Source of the DNA: Camelus dromedarius
Lineage: Eukaryota
DNA: 64,000 nucleotides
Assembly (NCBI RefSeq): GCF_036321535.1
Contig: NC_087437.1
Location: forward strand, 121,274,001-121,338,000
Direction of reading: 5' to 3'
Part shown: one piece after another, positions 11,976 through 25,199 of the stretch
Position numbering within the stretch: position 1 is the stretch's first letter
How the letters are laid out: the number at the start of each line of letters is the position of its first letter
Notes under the pieces: generated by a model
What the model was told of the DNA's origin: nothing
Databases searched by the model: none
The model's input: only the letters and a program-made list of their open reading frames with translations
Program-made: the position numbers and the translations under genes

Positions 11976-13645
11976 CTGGAAACAGAACAGGCCTGATTAC
12001 AAAGGCACTAAGGCAGCAGGACACACAAGTCAGAGCAACACGTGAAGTTTGTCTGAGGCGTCACGGAGATCAAAAGCAGGACTTCGCAGGTTCAAGTGCG
12101 ACCTTAACCTTTTTGAAAGTCAAACCACAGGTGACTTTAAAACTGAAGTAAAATTTACTGGAAACAAAAACTTCTAAGAAAAATAGATCATTAAGAAATA
12201 GAGCCTTGTTTGCCGATTCTCTCAAAGAGAAATTAAGAAATTTAAAGCCACTATCTCTTCCCTCAGTGGTTGGCCCACGCAGGAAAAAAACAGAACAAAA
12301 TCGCCTCAATTTAAATATGCTTATAAATGCTCACTAAGTTTCAGAAGTAAGGTCACAAAAACAAGGTGCCATCGACTTAAGTGTGAAGGTGCTGAACACG
12401 GAGAAACCAGGAGTTTTCTCTTAATTATGGACACACTCTCTTCGTCTCTTTAAAAATCTGTACCGTGAACCCAGCACATCAGGAGCAACAAACCTACTTA
12501 CCATGGGATTTTTTTTGGGGGTGGGGGGAAGGTAGGAGCAAAGGGGACAGTGCCCACTGGTCAGAGGAAGAGGGCGGGCCTCAGCCCGGGGGGAGGCACA
12601 CTGTAGGTTCTGGGCAAAGAACTACCGCTACCAAGTATCAAATGCAAGCTGTCCTGTTAAGATCCTGCCACGGGGGGTGGGGGGACCTAGCTCCTGGCTC
12701 GACTTCTGGTTTAGAGGGAAAAAGAGACATAAACTGCTCCGTGACTAGGAAACCAAATGCCTTCTAAAGACCAGGAGAGGGTTCCATCTGCGCTGTGCTC
12801 CGTGTGTTACACAAACCAGGTGCCCTCACGTGCCCTCCTACCTCCCACAGAACTCCAGGCTCCCCACAGTCCAGACCATTCGATGGGCACAAGTTAATCC
12901 CATCAGTGCAATCACAGGCCAAACTGACCATCTTCACAACAGGGATAAAGCCACTCGGCAATGGTTACAGAAAGGCCTTCTCCCTGGCCAGGCCTCGTCA
13001 GGCTGAGCCAGCGGGCGTGCAAAGGCCCGGGGCAGCACCGCGCTATGCTTGGCAGGGAAAGACACTCCGTTCTGTGTTCAAGTGTGTGTGCGCACACACA
13101 CAAGCACACATTCACCTCTCCTTTTATTTATGTTAATGTTAATCAGACGCCAAAAGCTCCTTTCTGTGATTTCAATTTCATGGGAAACCAAGCGCCAGGG
13201 AGCAGAACACGCCAAAAATCAGTACAGAACCAACTAAACACTGAGAAAACACTCCCTCTCCCCAAAGAAACAGCAAAACAAAACCGGGACTAGCTCCCGG
13301 AAACCAAGGCAGCGTGGCCTCAGGGTGGCTGCCCTTCAAGAAAGGGCCGCAACCACGGCGGGTGGAAGTCGGGTGCCAGCGGGCCGCCGTGAACCCCAAC
13401 ACTTCAGGAGCAGACGAGGGCCGGGAAGGCTGGCTTAGGGAGAGATGCTCGAAGGCTCCATCTCACAAGACGCCCAGTGGGCCGTGGCACCACTTGGGAC
13501 AAAAGGCAGCTACTTCTCCTGGTGGGGTCCTTCTGTTTGCAGGGCCGGATCTGTAGCCCACACCCCACAGCAGACCCCAGTGGGCATTTAAAACGGCCTA
13601 GGTGGCCAGACCCCACTTCCTGCCGGCTGAGATGGAGAGTCTTAC

Positions 13646-13692
13646 CATATTTCCTTCTGATTTCATCATGTCTTGACTTCATCTCTGCTCTC
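13646..13692 (-). CDS. PTTG1IP: PTTG1IP exon 5
   Basis: poly-T tract + ag acceptor, RAEMKSRHDEIRRKY, gtaag donor; 47 nt. Confidence 0.97.
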
Positions 13693-14572
13693 CTAAAAAA
13701 AAAAGAAATCTCATCCAGCATCAAAACACAGTGTAATGTGAACAGCCGTGCCCCTCACTCCCTTCAGCAGAGGCTGTGGGCTCGCTCGGTAAGACAGGGA
13801 CGGCTTGGCCATGGCCACCCTCCCATGGGGACGAGCAGACTCTGGAAGCTGCTCCAGGGTCACCTCCTTCGAGTCTTCATTTCAATAAAAGCAATGCAAA
13901 CACCCTGTACTGATATTTGTAAATTTTTTTTTCATGTAAAGAAAACAAACCAATCAGCAAAAACCTCATGCCTGGTTCTGAAGACGGGGGCAGGTGGCTG
14001 TCGGTGACAGCGCGGACACCTCTCCGGCCCCAGCCCTCGCCAGCGGCGTGAGGTCAGCACCTCCCGCCGCTGTAGCCTGGCCCCTCCTCAGGCAGGGTGA
14101 TCCCCACCTCCCCTGCCACCAAGGGCAGTCCTGGGGCCACACCACACACCCAGCGCCCCCTTCACGCCCCCACCCAAGTGCCCCATGACCAGGAACGTGT
14201 CTGTCAGAGCACTGGCAACACGAGAGGCCCAATTCCAGGGTCCCCGTCCCTAGAGATCTCAGGCAGGCAGGGGACCTCAGTCCAAAGCTTTCCTCCACCT
14301 CAGGGCCCCTGCTCACACAGCGCTGGATGGGCCGTCAAAGCCTTGCCACCTGCTTCAGTAGAACCCGCAGTGGCTAGCCATAAATGGCAACATCCTGCCA
14401 GCCCCCAAACACCAGGGGGTGGCCACCGGCCAGGCCCCCCGCACACGGTTCCCCATCCTTCAGGCCACAACCGAGAAAACCCCACAGACGCTCAACATGC
14501 CCGCATGTCACACGTGGAGAAAACTTGGGGCATAGAAGCGTCACTCCCCACGCCTCCCCAGTGCCACCTCAC

Positions 14573-14747
14573 CTCTCCTCCTGCCGGACCCGCCTTTCCT
14601 CTCGCTCCCGCATGGCCTTCTCCTCGCTCTTGTCGGGCCCCCGGCTCCTCTTCCTCCTGCAGCAGCAGCAGCAGCAGCAGACGGCGACGCCCAGGAGGAT
14701 GGTCCCCCCAATCACCGACATGGTGATGATCAGGGCCTCAAAGTTCA
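14573..14747 (-). CDS. PTTG1IP: PTTG1IP exon 4 (TM helix, poly-Cys, charged helix)
   Basis: VNFEALIITMSVIGGTILLGVAVCCCCCCCRRKRSRGPDKSEEKAMREREERRVRQEER; ag/gtgag boundaries; 175 nt. Confidence 0.97.
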
Positions 14748-16522
14748 CTGCAGAGGCAAATGCACAGAGTGAGTACGGGGACCCGCCCGGCGACACCCCT
14801 CCTGGGGGGCCTCCAGAGCAAGGGGCAAGGCAGCGGCAGCAGCAGCGGGACTGCCTCCTCCTCCCGTCTCTTGCAACCTGCCCACTAACCAGGACGGGCT
14901 GAAGCAGCAGGCAGCTATTCTCACCACCTGACACTGAAAGGTCGTTTCAAGCCCGAGAAGTTAGCTAAACCAGAAAGAAAGAGAATGCCCAGGCGTGTAC
15001 TGAGACTCTCATGCTAAACTCAATCACATGGAAGGTGTGGAACGGGAAGTTAAGCCTGATGCGGCTTCTGCGGTCATCAGCATTCAGAGCCAACGGTCAC
15101 ATGTACAGCCAACGGGACGCAGCTCTGACAGTGGTGCCAGAGCACGAGCCGGAGCCACAGGCCGGCCAGGGGACGCCAGGGGCCTGAAAAGGGCTCATGG
15201 CCCTCAGATGACTTTAAGGTTTCCTGCAGAGACCAAATACATTTACAAGTTTCAGGTCTTCCCAACTTCTCTCGGGATTCACAAATTAAAACCAGCCAGT
15301 CAGTACTTTTCCATCCTGTCCAGCCAGAGCTGATCAGAGGCTGGGAGGCTCTGGAGGGAGCCCGCCCAGGACACGGTGTGACAGGAGCAGGACGGCCCAT
15401 AGCAGCGCCACTCTCCCCTGGAACCAAACTTACAAATTATGCCACCACATGGAGCTGATAACCTCGGATCCCACTGGCTTCCTGGTTCAGGGTGGGCTGG
15501 GGCGGGGTCTGCAAGGTGAGAGCTTCTCCTCGGGGAGGAGCACAGATCCCACGTGCCCCGGTGCCCCCTCCCCAGACCCACCTCAGGCCACCAGCATGAA
15601 GGCACCCACCCTCAGGAACAGGGGTTACATCTGATCAAACACCCGCTGAGCTTTTAATCACGTGCTTTCCCTCCTCTGGCCTGTTCTGGACATGCAAAAA
15701 CCGCCGGGAGCAGCAGCGTCAGGAGGCCCCTCCAGCAGAGGTGCAGCTGCAATGGAGCTCCAGAGCCGCCAAGTCTAAAAGCTGGTAGGATCGACCCGAG
15801 GGACGGCGGGCTCAAAACACACCTACCCCTAACAGCTTTTCTAATTACCAGCTGAGTCCAGCTATGTCAGCAGAACCGAAATCCCATCAGGAAGGGAAAC
15901 AAAATCCGGGCCCCCTTCCCTGTGGGCCCTGCACACCCACCACGGGACGCACAGGACCTGACGGAGAGACACGCTGCTCCTGGACCAGGGTGCAAACGTG
16001 AAGGTTTCATTTTTCTCCAAATGAACATATATCCTTAAGATCATTATGATCAAAACCCCGAAACAACTTTGCCGAGAACTGGGTATGACTGCACAATTAT
16101 TTGTAAGACTGACAAGCCCCTACAGCACAGGCTTGAGTCAGGGTGAGGCGCTGCCGTGACAGCACCACGTGGGCCAGGAGGGTCCCCAGGGGCCCAGCCC
16201 CAGTTCCCCACTGTTCAGCCCCCAGGGCAAGGTCCCCTCAACCGCCTCCTCGTCCTGGGGACCAGGAGCAGCTCCTGCTCAGAAACAGCCCGTTTCAGGT
16301 CCCTGCCAGCCGAGGAACAAGCCAAACAAGTCAATCGCATCTTCTCTCAGGAACAGGGGGCACCGCACCCCCAAGTCACTACCAAGCCTGCCTCTCAGTG
16401 CCCCTGCCTCCTGCCCTTCGTGAGCCTGTGTGGCGTGCGGTGCACTGTTAGGTTAACTGAGCACAAGCAGAACTTTCATGGCAGCGCTGATTTTGTGAGA
16501 AGCAATGAAAACATGGACTCAC

Positions 16523-16631
16523 CCCAGCAGACGCCCCAGCGTGCAGAGCTCAGCTGGCAGAGAGAACCGGGGGGCAGGATTTTTGCCACCGGGTAGTCCA
16601 AGCACGCCTTGTTAGTGTTGCACCAGAGACA
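16523..16631 (-). CDS. PTTG1IP: PTTG1IP exon 3 (PSI domain)
   Basis: ctcttccag acceptor, CLWCNTNKACLDYPVAKILPPGSLCQLSSARWGVCW, gtgagt donor; 109 nt. Confidence 0.97.
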
Positions 16632-16907
16632 CTGGAAGAGAAGTTCAGGCTCACAGTGTGAACACTGAAGGCAGACGGCCGGCCTCCGACCCCAGTCCCG
16701 CCACACTGCCTGCTCCCTCTTTGGCCCCCACCCCAACGAAGCGGCTCCACCCCTCCTGCCCATCCAGGCCTCTTTCAGGAGACAACTTAAGATGGCTGAG
16801 AAAGGCTATTAATAACCATCACTTAAAAGATCCCTGCACGCAGGCAGCCCCTGGAGCAAGGGGACGCGGTCTGCTCCCGGGTCACGTGCTGACCGCGCAT
16901 GACTTAC

Positions 16908-16960
16908 AGAGACGTTTTTCAGGCACTCTTCACAGGTCCTGTTTGTGTTCTGAGAACAAG
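16908..16960 (-). CDS. PTTG1IP: PTTG1IP exon 2 (start of PSI domain)
   Basis: ttccctgcag acceptor, (A)CSQNTNRTCEECLKNVS, gtaagt donor; 53 nt. Confidence 0.97.
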
Positions 16961-19900
16961 CTGCAGGGAAAGAACAGACATCGCTGAGAATCCTGGGGCG
17001 GCAACCCCGGGGAGGGCGCAGGGGCGACACCCTCGTGCGCCAAGCCCTCGGGGCACACGAGCAGTGGCTGCCAAGCCCCTGTAGGTGGCCCCGGCGGAAA
17101 AGCAGGCCGCGCACACGTGCCCTGACCAGCGGGTCTCCCGGGCAGGAGGGAGGCACCACACAGCAAGGCAGGCCGTCCCCCCACAGAACCCTTATGGCAG
17201 ACCCCTGTCTGCAGACGCCCCCCCGGCTCGGCAGCACGCTGTCTGGAACCAAAGGCCACAGCAGTACCAGGCCGGACCCCAGCAGGCCTCAGTACCCTGG
17301 CCCACGCCCCCAGACACGAGGCAGAAGGCGGTTCCAATTGCACAGAGCACACCTCTCCCGGAGAAGCGGGGGTGGGGGCTCCAAGCACCCTTCACAGCAC
17401 GGCTGCCGCGGGCAGGGTCAGACCCCAGGCAGGTGACAGCTCTGGAGCTCCGCTGACCAGCAGTGAGGAGCTAGTGCAGGAATGACTTCCAGGACACAAG
17501 CGACAGCAGCTGTTCACCCATACCACCCCCAAAACACATGCTCGCGTAAGAGACCAGTGCAGACAGCACCAGAGTCACAACCAGGCACCAACGCACACCT
17601 GCCAGGAAGGCTGACGACGCCAAGCGCTGGCACGGACGGGGCCTCAGATGCGCGGCCGGAGAGCAGCGCAGCCCAGGCACTTGCGCGCACACACACACAC
17701 ACGCTGCCCCCGGACTCGGCAACTCCACCCCGGGCCGTGGACAGAAACCAGAACACACACCCGGGGAGGTGGCAGCATCCTGGCACACAGCAACAGCCAA
17801 GACCTGAAAACAGCCTAGAAGTCTGGACGCCCCACTCGGCCGCGACCTCCACGTGGTCCTGGGCACTGCCGGGCTCCCTGCCAGGGCCCTTGGGCTCCTC
17901 CTGCCTGGCGCCCCCCACAACACGCTGCGCCTGGCGGGGCAAGAGGACAGGGGAGGTCATCGGAGGACGGACAGAGAAACTGGTACAGTCCCCCAACAGG
18001 ACACTCTCCAGCCCTAAAAAGAAGCGCGCTGTCTACATAAAACACGGATGGAGCTTACAGACGGGCAGACCCAGAAGCCTCACACAAAGCCCACGGCGCA
18101 CGGCCTGCGGTTCGGGAGCAGCTGGGCCCACCTGCGGTGGATGGACTGGAGAGCCTGTTATGAGGCTCGAGAGAGGCCAGCGTCACAGGGGTCACTCACC
18201 CGAAGGCACACGTGAGATCCCTGCCTGCATTCTATCAGACTGATCTCAAAGGAAAAGCAGGCACGCGCTGAGCTCATTAATGACGCGCGCAGGGAGGTGC
18301 GGGGGTAGCGCAGATGTCCGCAACTTCAAAATGCACCGACCGGAGGAGTCGGACACCCGGACGGACGACGTACAGCAGAACGAGATAAAACCTAGCGGTG
18401 GGCGTGTGAGTGTTCACTGTCCAGTTCTGTCCACTCTCCTGTGCTTTTGAAGATTTTCATAAGTAACTGTAGGGGAAAAGAGCTTTCACTTTAAGTGACA
18501 ATTTTATTCATCATGTTTACTAAGTGAGACTAAAACAGTAAACTTACTTTGAAATAGTTGGGGAGTGTTTCTATTCAACGGTGTAGTTCTTCTATATTCC
18601 ATTTAAAAAAAATAAAAGCCTACTTCATTCAAAGTGAAATGCAAGCCCCTCTGTCACAACATACCACCCTACAGCGGCTGTTGTCAGACAGTCCTCTTTT
18701 CAGAGCATCTAGTGGCGTGCTGCTAGTTTGGGTTGAAGCTTATTTTAAACTTTTTAAGTACTCAAAACAACAGATTTTGTTCAGCCCCAGGAAGGTAAAG
18801 AAAATTAACACCCCTGAAACACCTCTCACTCCTCAAAGCACTGCTGGGAGAGGGGCAGGGTCACCCCTGACGTCCCCGGGGCCTGACCTGGGCGAAGGAG
18901 AAGCAGCCCCGTGGTGCTGCGGTGAGGACGACATCACTGAAAGGCCGATTCCTAGTTCTGCCCACTAAGGGCCAAGAAAGGACAACGCCCGAAGCAGAGG
19001 ACCAGGGGTGCTGCCCAGGTCTTGGCTTCGAGACATAATTTCCCACTAAAAGGAAGCAGGCTCCTTGCAGAGAAACAGCTGATTCCAGACCTGGGGCTGA
19101 GAAGGGACAAGCTCAGCCTGGGACAGCTCGCTGTGCCGGAAAGTGGCGCAGACTCACAGGCAAAATGGCAAAGGACCCAGAAGCAGCTCGGAGGGTCCTC
19201 CCTGCCAAACCGGCACAATTTAACCACCCAGGTGCATGACAGTCATGGACTTGACCTCCTGAATGCGCCAAGGTTTCACACTGACACCAAATAAATGCAG
19301 AGAAGGACCACGAGCAGAGTCTCCACCGCAGTAAACACGGATGCTAAGACCGCGGGGCCCGCCGGTCTCAGAGTGCCCCTCCTGGTTTGTTTATACTTGG
19401 GAAGGGAGATCAGTACCTGAAAAGTTATCGAGAGCATCCCCACGACCACCTGCGGCCACATGACAAGAGGACAAAGTGCCAGCAGGTGCCGCCAGAGGGT
19501 GTGGGGAGGACAGTCAGCAAGGGGCTGAATCCTCCCTAAATGTATCTGAGTCATATCAGAGGAAACACGCCAAGACCACAAAGCGGCCCTCAGAGAAGTG
19601 GCCAGGCCAGTGAGCACAGACTGAGAGACACGGAGACGGAAGGCGGCCCACGAGCCAGACCCAGAGGACGCTGCTGGGATAATGTCAGTCGCAGGTTCAA
19701 GTCTCGTGGCAGGGGCGCCACCCAGACCGTGCTGCCACGTTCGGGTTCTGGGGAGGAGCGCCCTTGTTCTCAGAGATGCTCCCTGACGAATCGAGGGTAA
19801 GCGGCCACAGCACAACTGCCTGCAAAGGGTTTGGTTAAAACGGCACCAGCAGATACACACAGGTGGTGGCAGAGGCTGCAGGAACAGGAAAGGACTCAGG

Positions 19901-20534
19901 CCTTCACTGCGCTATTTACTCCTTCAGTGTTTTCTGCAGCTTTGACCTGTTTCTCAGTAAACAGCGCTTAGGGGAGGCACAGCGGGAAACAGCCCTGGCT
20001 CCAGTCCTTCCTACAAACTGTAAGGGCGGCCGCGGGGGCGGGGCGAGGCAAGAGGCACAGGAATGTTCAGGTCCCCGTTACCGCCGGCCCTGCACGAGCT
20101 AAAGACACACACCACCACCCTGTTCCCCCGGCCAGTGTGAGTCAACAGAGGCCTCCGGGAGGGAGACTCTCCACGCAGGAGCACCGACCTTCAAGGGCAC
20201 TCCCCAAGGAAGCTCAGAGCCCCAGAAGGCCGTTCCTTACCGCCTCTGGAAACACCACGGTGTCTTATGCAGAAAAGAAAATGCATTAACCATCTGCTAT
20301 CCTGTTCAGAGGCAGGAGGTCAAAGGTCACTCCCTGCATCTCATCTCATCCCGGGAATCAGAAACCTTGTGCTGAAAGCCCGCAGCCAGCGAACTCTGGC
20401 CGCGTTTCCGAGGTCTAATGCCGAATGTCATCGTCCTGACTTCTGAAGGCCTGCGGCTGAGAATCAACTTAGACCCTCCTTATCAGTGACCAGGGAACAT
20501 TAAGCTTCATGCTCTTGGGAAACCAAAATAAAAA

Positions 20535-20695
20535 GGGGGAGGAGGGTACAACTCAGTGGTAGAGTGCGTGCTTAGCGTGCACGAGGTCCTGGGTTCAATC
20601 CCCAGTACCTCCAATAAAGGTAAATAAACCTAATTACTTCCCCCCAACAAAAAAATAAACAAACAAATTTTTAAAAGATAAAATTTAAAAGAAAA
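20535..20695 (+). mobile_element. tRNA-derived SINE (Vic-1-like)
   Basis: A box (CTCAGTGGTAGAG), B box (GGGTTCAATCCC), AATAAACCTAATTAC segment, A-rich tail. Confidence 0.88.
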
Positions 20696-21396
20696 GGTTC
20701 TGCTAGGACACAACAATCCATGCTGCATTCGAGTTTCAGGTGAGGCGACTGCTGCAGTACAAAGGGCACACGTCAGCACGTGTGAAGACGTACGTTTTCA
20801 TAAACAAGGAAATGAGTAAGTGAGTATTTACTGTGGGCAAGCAGGCCACAGGGCTGCATTCGGCCCCACCCTGGGCAGTGGAAAAGCCCCGGAACCTGCA
20901 CGGTGGCCACACCGCATGGTGACAGGGCACAGAGCGTGCCTGCACTGTCAGTATCACACGAGAAACAGGGCAAAAAGTTCGTTTAAACAAAGAAGTCTTG
21001 GCTGTGCTACCACCTCTGCAGAGGAGTGAAGAGCACAACACAGGTCAAGACGCGGACGGGCGGCGCCCACATCCAGCCCCTCCAAACCCTTGCCCTGCGG
21101 CGAGGAGCCCCCGCCCGCCTCCTGCGCTGGCCGCCACCCAGCTCCTCTAGACCCTCCATTTACTACAACAGATTGAGGCCATTTCAGGGGTGGCCTTCCC
21201 TCAGGATATAAAGATGAAACTCTGGGATGGAGTCTGACCCCAAACACAATTAAAGCAGGTCCAAAGCCAATGAACTTCCCCCTGAAGATCTCACATACCT
21301 TGGGGGCCCGATGCCTCCCCTCCCAAGCACACGTTAGAGAAGACATCAGAGATGGCTGGTTCGGGATCAGTGTGACGGTGTTTGAATTCACACACC

Positions 21397-21872
21397 TGTG
21401 AGGGTTAATTTTATGTGTCAACTTGATTGGGCTAAGGGATGCCCAGAGGGCTGGTACCACACTGTTTCTGGGTGTGTCTGGGAGGGTGTTTCTGTCGAGC
21501 ATTTGAGTTGGTGGACGGGTGAAAGCAGAGGGTCCTGTGCAGGCGGGGGGCGGGGGGCATCACCTAAATCGCTGAGGGCCTGAACAGAACAAAAAGGCAT
21601 GGAAGCAAGAATGTGCTTTTTGTTGGAGCTGGGACATCCCTCTTCCCCTGGCCTCGGACCTGCGGGCTTGGACTGGGACGTACCCAATGGCTCAGGCCTT
21701 GAGACTCGGGCTGGAACTACACACCAGCCTCCCTGGGTCTCCAGCTGCAGACAGCAGATCACAGGACTCCTCAGCCCCACGATCACACTAGCCAACCCCT
21801 CATAATAACTCTGTCTCCATGGCTACATATATTCTGTAGGTTCTGTTTCGCTAAGGTGGCCAGGCTAATACA
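21397..21872 (+). mobile_element. MLT2-type ERVL solo LTR in PTTG1IP intron 1
   Basis: Starts TGTGAGGGTTAATTTTATGTGTCAACTTG, ends GGTTCTGTTTC..CTAATACA. Confidence 0.85.
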
Positions 21873-22949
21873 CACAGCATCCTTGCAAGGAAGACAAAAA
21901 TGTCTTAAAGACTGCAGTCACATTCCTATGGTATGACAAGCAGTAAAAATCTCACACCAAGCCCTCGCTACATGGGAAGGGGGGATCTCAGTGCTCAGTG
22001 TGGCTAGAAAAGGAGCTGCTTTTCTCCTGTAATACTAGAATGACAGTCTGGTTTAACTCCCAAATGGCCACAGGATGCAGTTACTCATATCCCAGGGCAT
22101 CTGCCTGCAGCTGGCACCCAGGGCAGTGTGAAAGGCAGAGCAAACACACCCTGACATCGCGCGGTGCGCACACCGTCGGCCGCCAAGGAGTTTCTTGTGC
22201 GATCACGACTCCTGGCTCCTGTGCACGCTGTTGGGTAAAAAGTACTGATTCCACATTTGTGCTGAAAACTCAATCTGGACCAGAAGTTCCCTCTACCGTG
22301 AAACTCGACTGCTGCATTAACATACAGCATCACAAGTGTATACACAAGTCTGTTAGGAAGCGGACGAGAAGAAACTCAAGCAGTCCTGCACTGGAATAAA
22401 CACCCCCTAAGGTCACAGAGGAAAGGTGCTTTGCTGTGCTAAACAGAAGTGAACAGAGCCCGGGCTGACGCGAGTTGGCCGGCTGGGCCCCAGCATGTGA
22501 GGAGGCCTGCCTGTGGCTAGGCCAGCCTGGGGCTCTGTTCCTCACCCACAGCGATCACAAGGAAAGCCACACACAGCACCCAGCACGACGCTCCCAGATT
22601 AAACCCGAGATTCCACCCCGCCTCCAGCAGTACCTGTTTCTGGAATTCCTTGGCCCTAAGGTCATCTGCTCCCCCCCACCTGCCTCCCAGCACTCTAACT
22701 GCTGTTTCCTGGTCAGGCTCAAGAACGCAGCGCCTGAACAGACAGGACCCCTGCCTGCAGTCGCCACCGTGGGCCCAGCACCTGGCACAGGTGGTTACCA
22801 AGAACAGGTGGGATAAACCAAGGAAGGCTGCCACCTGCCCATGCACCGCAGGTCTGGAGAGTGTAGGAGCAGAGTAAGTCCAAGCGCTGGCCGCTGTCCC
22901 TGGAGCTCCCTGGAGGGGTCTACCCTGCACCGTGGGCGTGAGTGTAGGG

Positions 22950-24100
22950 GCCACGCACAGGCCTCCCCGAGGGCAGCAGAGCGTCCCCTCAACACACCAG
23001 CCGCGCCTTCAGAAGGGCCGGGCGCCTGGACTCTGACCACGACCCGCTGTGGGACAAGCAAGCTCTCGAGTTCCGACTCCGAGTCCACACCCGAGAGCTC
23101 CTTCCAAGAAGGTCGTGGCCACGTTACCGAGAGGACAGTGCGCCCGGCCAGGCCGACCCCGCGGGTCCCACGCTGAGCCAGGACAAAGGGCCGGCCTGCC
23201 GCCCCCGCCCCGAGGCCTGCGGCGGCCAGGCCCGCGGACGGACACTCGGGTGGCCCCCGGCCGCCCCCGCAGACCACGCGGGCCTGAGGCAGCGACCCAG
23301 CGCAGCGGTGGTCCACGCCCTCCGCCCTCCACGCCCCGCGTGACCCCAGCCCCGCGCCCCCCTGACTCCGACCCCGCGCCCTCGCGTCTCCCGCCCTCAC
23401 CCTGCGCCGAGGCCGCCGGGAGAAGCAGCAGGAGGAGCGCGGCGCCGCCGAGGGCCAGTCCCCAGCGCGGCGTCGGCGCGCGGACCCCGCCGGACGCCAT
23501 GGTGGCTGTGGCCCCGCCGGTCTGTCGGTCGTCGTTGGCCGGACGCGCCCCACCTTGGACCCCGGCCAGGGAGCCTCCGGCCGGAAGAGCCGCGCCGGAA
23601 GCGGGCGGGGCAGCGGCGGGAGAGTGCGCAACAGCGGCCCCGCCCCTCGCCCTCCGGCCCTCCCCGGCCGCTCGAGGTGCCCGCCTCCCGGCGCGGCGGG
23701 GCTCAGCGCGCCTGCGCGGCGGGAAGGCCGCGGGCTGCGGGTGGAGGGGCTGCTGCTCAGTGCGCCTGCGCGGCCCCGAGGCCGTTTCTCTCGGGCGCGC
23801 GGTGGTCCTGACCCTCGGGGAGTGGAGGTGCTGCGGTCTTTCCTGGGCTGGTCCCGCGGGCCACGCAAAGCCCGCGCGCTCAGTCCCGACCCCCGCCCGG
23901 AAGACCTCCGCCCCGGGTCCCCGCACGCCCGCCGCCCCGGGACGCCCCTTCACCTCCGCGGAGTCAGGGCTCCGGCCGGGGGCGGGGTTGGGGCGGGGAG
24001 CCGGTGGGCCGCTGCCGGCTCCCCGTCCTGGGACGGCGTCGAGAACTGATAAAGATACGTGATGCGGGAGCCCAGGCGCTTTCGTTGTAAGGTTGTGTTT
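22950..24100. promoter_or_regulatory. PTTG1IP CpG-island promoter
   Basis: Very high GC/CpG; CCGGAAG Ets/GABP motifs (~23581, ~23596, ~23897), NRF1-like GCGCCTGCGC (~23708, ~23762), GC boxes, no TATA box seen. Confidence 0.88.
23401..23500 (-). CDS. PTTG1IP: PTTG1IP coding exon 1 (signal peptide)
   Basis: GCCACCATGG Kozak start at 23500; MASGGVRAPTPRWGLALGGAALLLLLLPAASAQ; donor G|gtgagg; 100 nt, phase 1; inside a CpG island. Confidence 0.93.
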
Positions 24101-25199
24101 TCGTAGCCAAAGTACAGTGGGGTCTTGGGAATGGTACAGGGAGGTCAGAGACCCGTCTCCTAAACTTGCTGGGGTCCCTGACTGTGGCTTCCTGGGCCAG
24201 CCCGGGGCGTCTGTCGCACGGGAGGTGTCTGCCGGATGGATCTAATTCAAGGCCCCAGCGTCATCTACTGGGTCAGGTTCCACTGCTGTCCCACACCTAC
24301 CTCAACCCTCGAAGGAAGGGCTGCTGCAGTGAAATCTGGGCAGTGGGCTCTGCAGTCTAAGATGGAATCTGACGGACCCCAGGTAAGCAGGTGTAGTCCC
24401 GACTGACCTCTCAGCTTGCAGGATTCAGCGGGGGGGCCCCTAAATCTTCCATACTTGCTTTCCCTGAGAGGGCCCCAACTGGTTAGAATTTAACTGGCCC
24501 ACAACACCCAGGGCCAGTGTAGAAAGACTTTTCTGAGTCAGGAGGACATGGTTGCCACATATCTGTGCCTCCTTTGATGTGTGGGGACCAAAGGCGGCAT
24601 CACCTGGTCCGGCCCCATCACCAGCTGTGGAAAACTGGACCCAGCGGGGTGGGTCTCTGCTGAAGGTCACAGGACCAGGAGAGTGGTGCGTCAGGCTGTG
24701 AGGCTGGTGTCCCAACCCCGCCAGTTCCTACCTCCATGACCCTGGCTTCAGTGCCACAGCTCAGCTCACAGCACTGCTAACCATGAGGTCACGGAGTCAC
24801 GCACGGAGAGGACCTGAGGGTCGCAGGTCATGCCGAGTGTCAGTGTCCCTGCCATTCCCTCTTAGAACAGACCTGAGCGAGCCAGGTCACGCTGGTGCCG
24901 GACCGTATGCAGGGAAGGAAGCCTGCTCCTACCACGCACAGTGCCTGCGTGTCTGTGATATCAATGTGAATGTCAAATGTTTTAACAAGCCTGTCTTCAA
25001 CTGGGCACTTAGTCCTTGCAGAGGAACAAAGTTCCTTCCTGTCTGTGTGAGGCAGCAAAGGGCCCTTGATTGCAGTAATCTGCCCCACCTCTTCCAGTTC
25101 AAATACTTTATATCTCCATTTGGTTTGGACTTTCTGTTATGAAAAAGATGTTTAAAAACTTATTTGCTGTTGGGAACAGAGTACACACCAGCCCAGGCT

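Noticed and set aside
20539..20612. tRNA-like sequence (also at 29737, 42070, 55936)
   Set aside because: Continues into a SINE body and A tail with TSDs; multiple diverged copies, so not tRNA genes
22795..24062. Overlapping 314-357 aa ORFs on both strands
   Set aside because: Stop-codon depletion in the CpG island; only 23401-23500 is supported as coding
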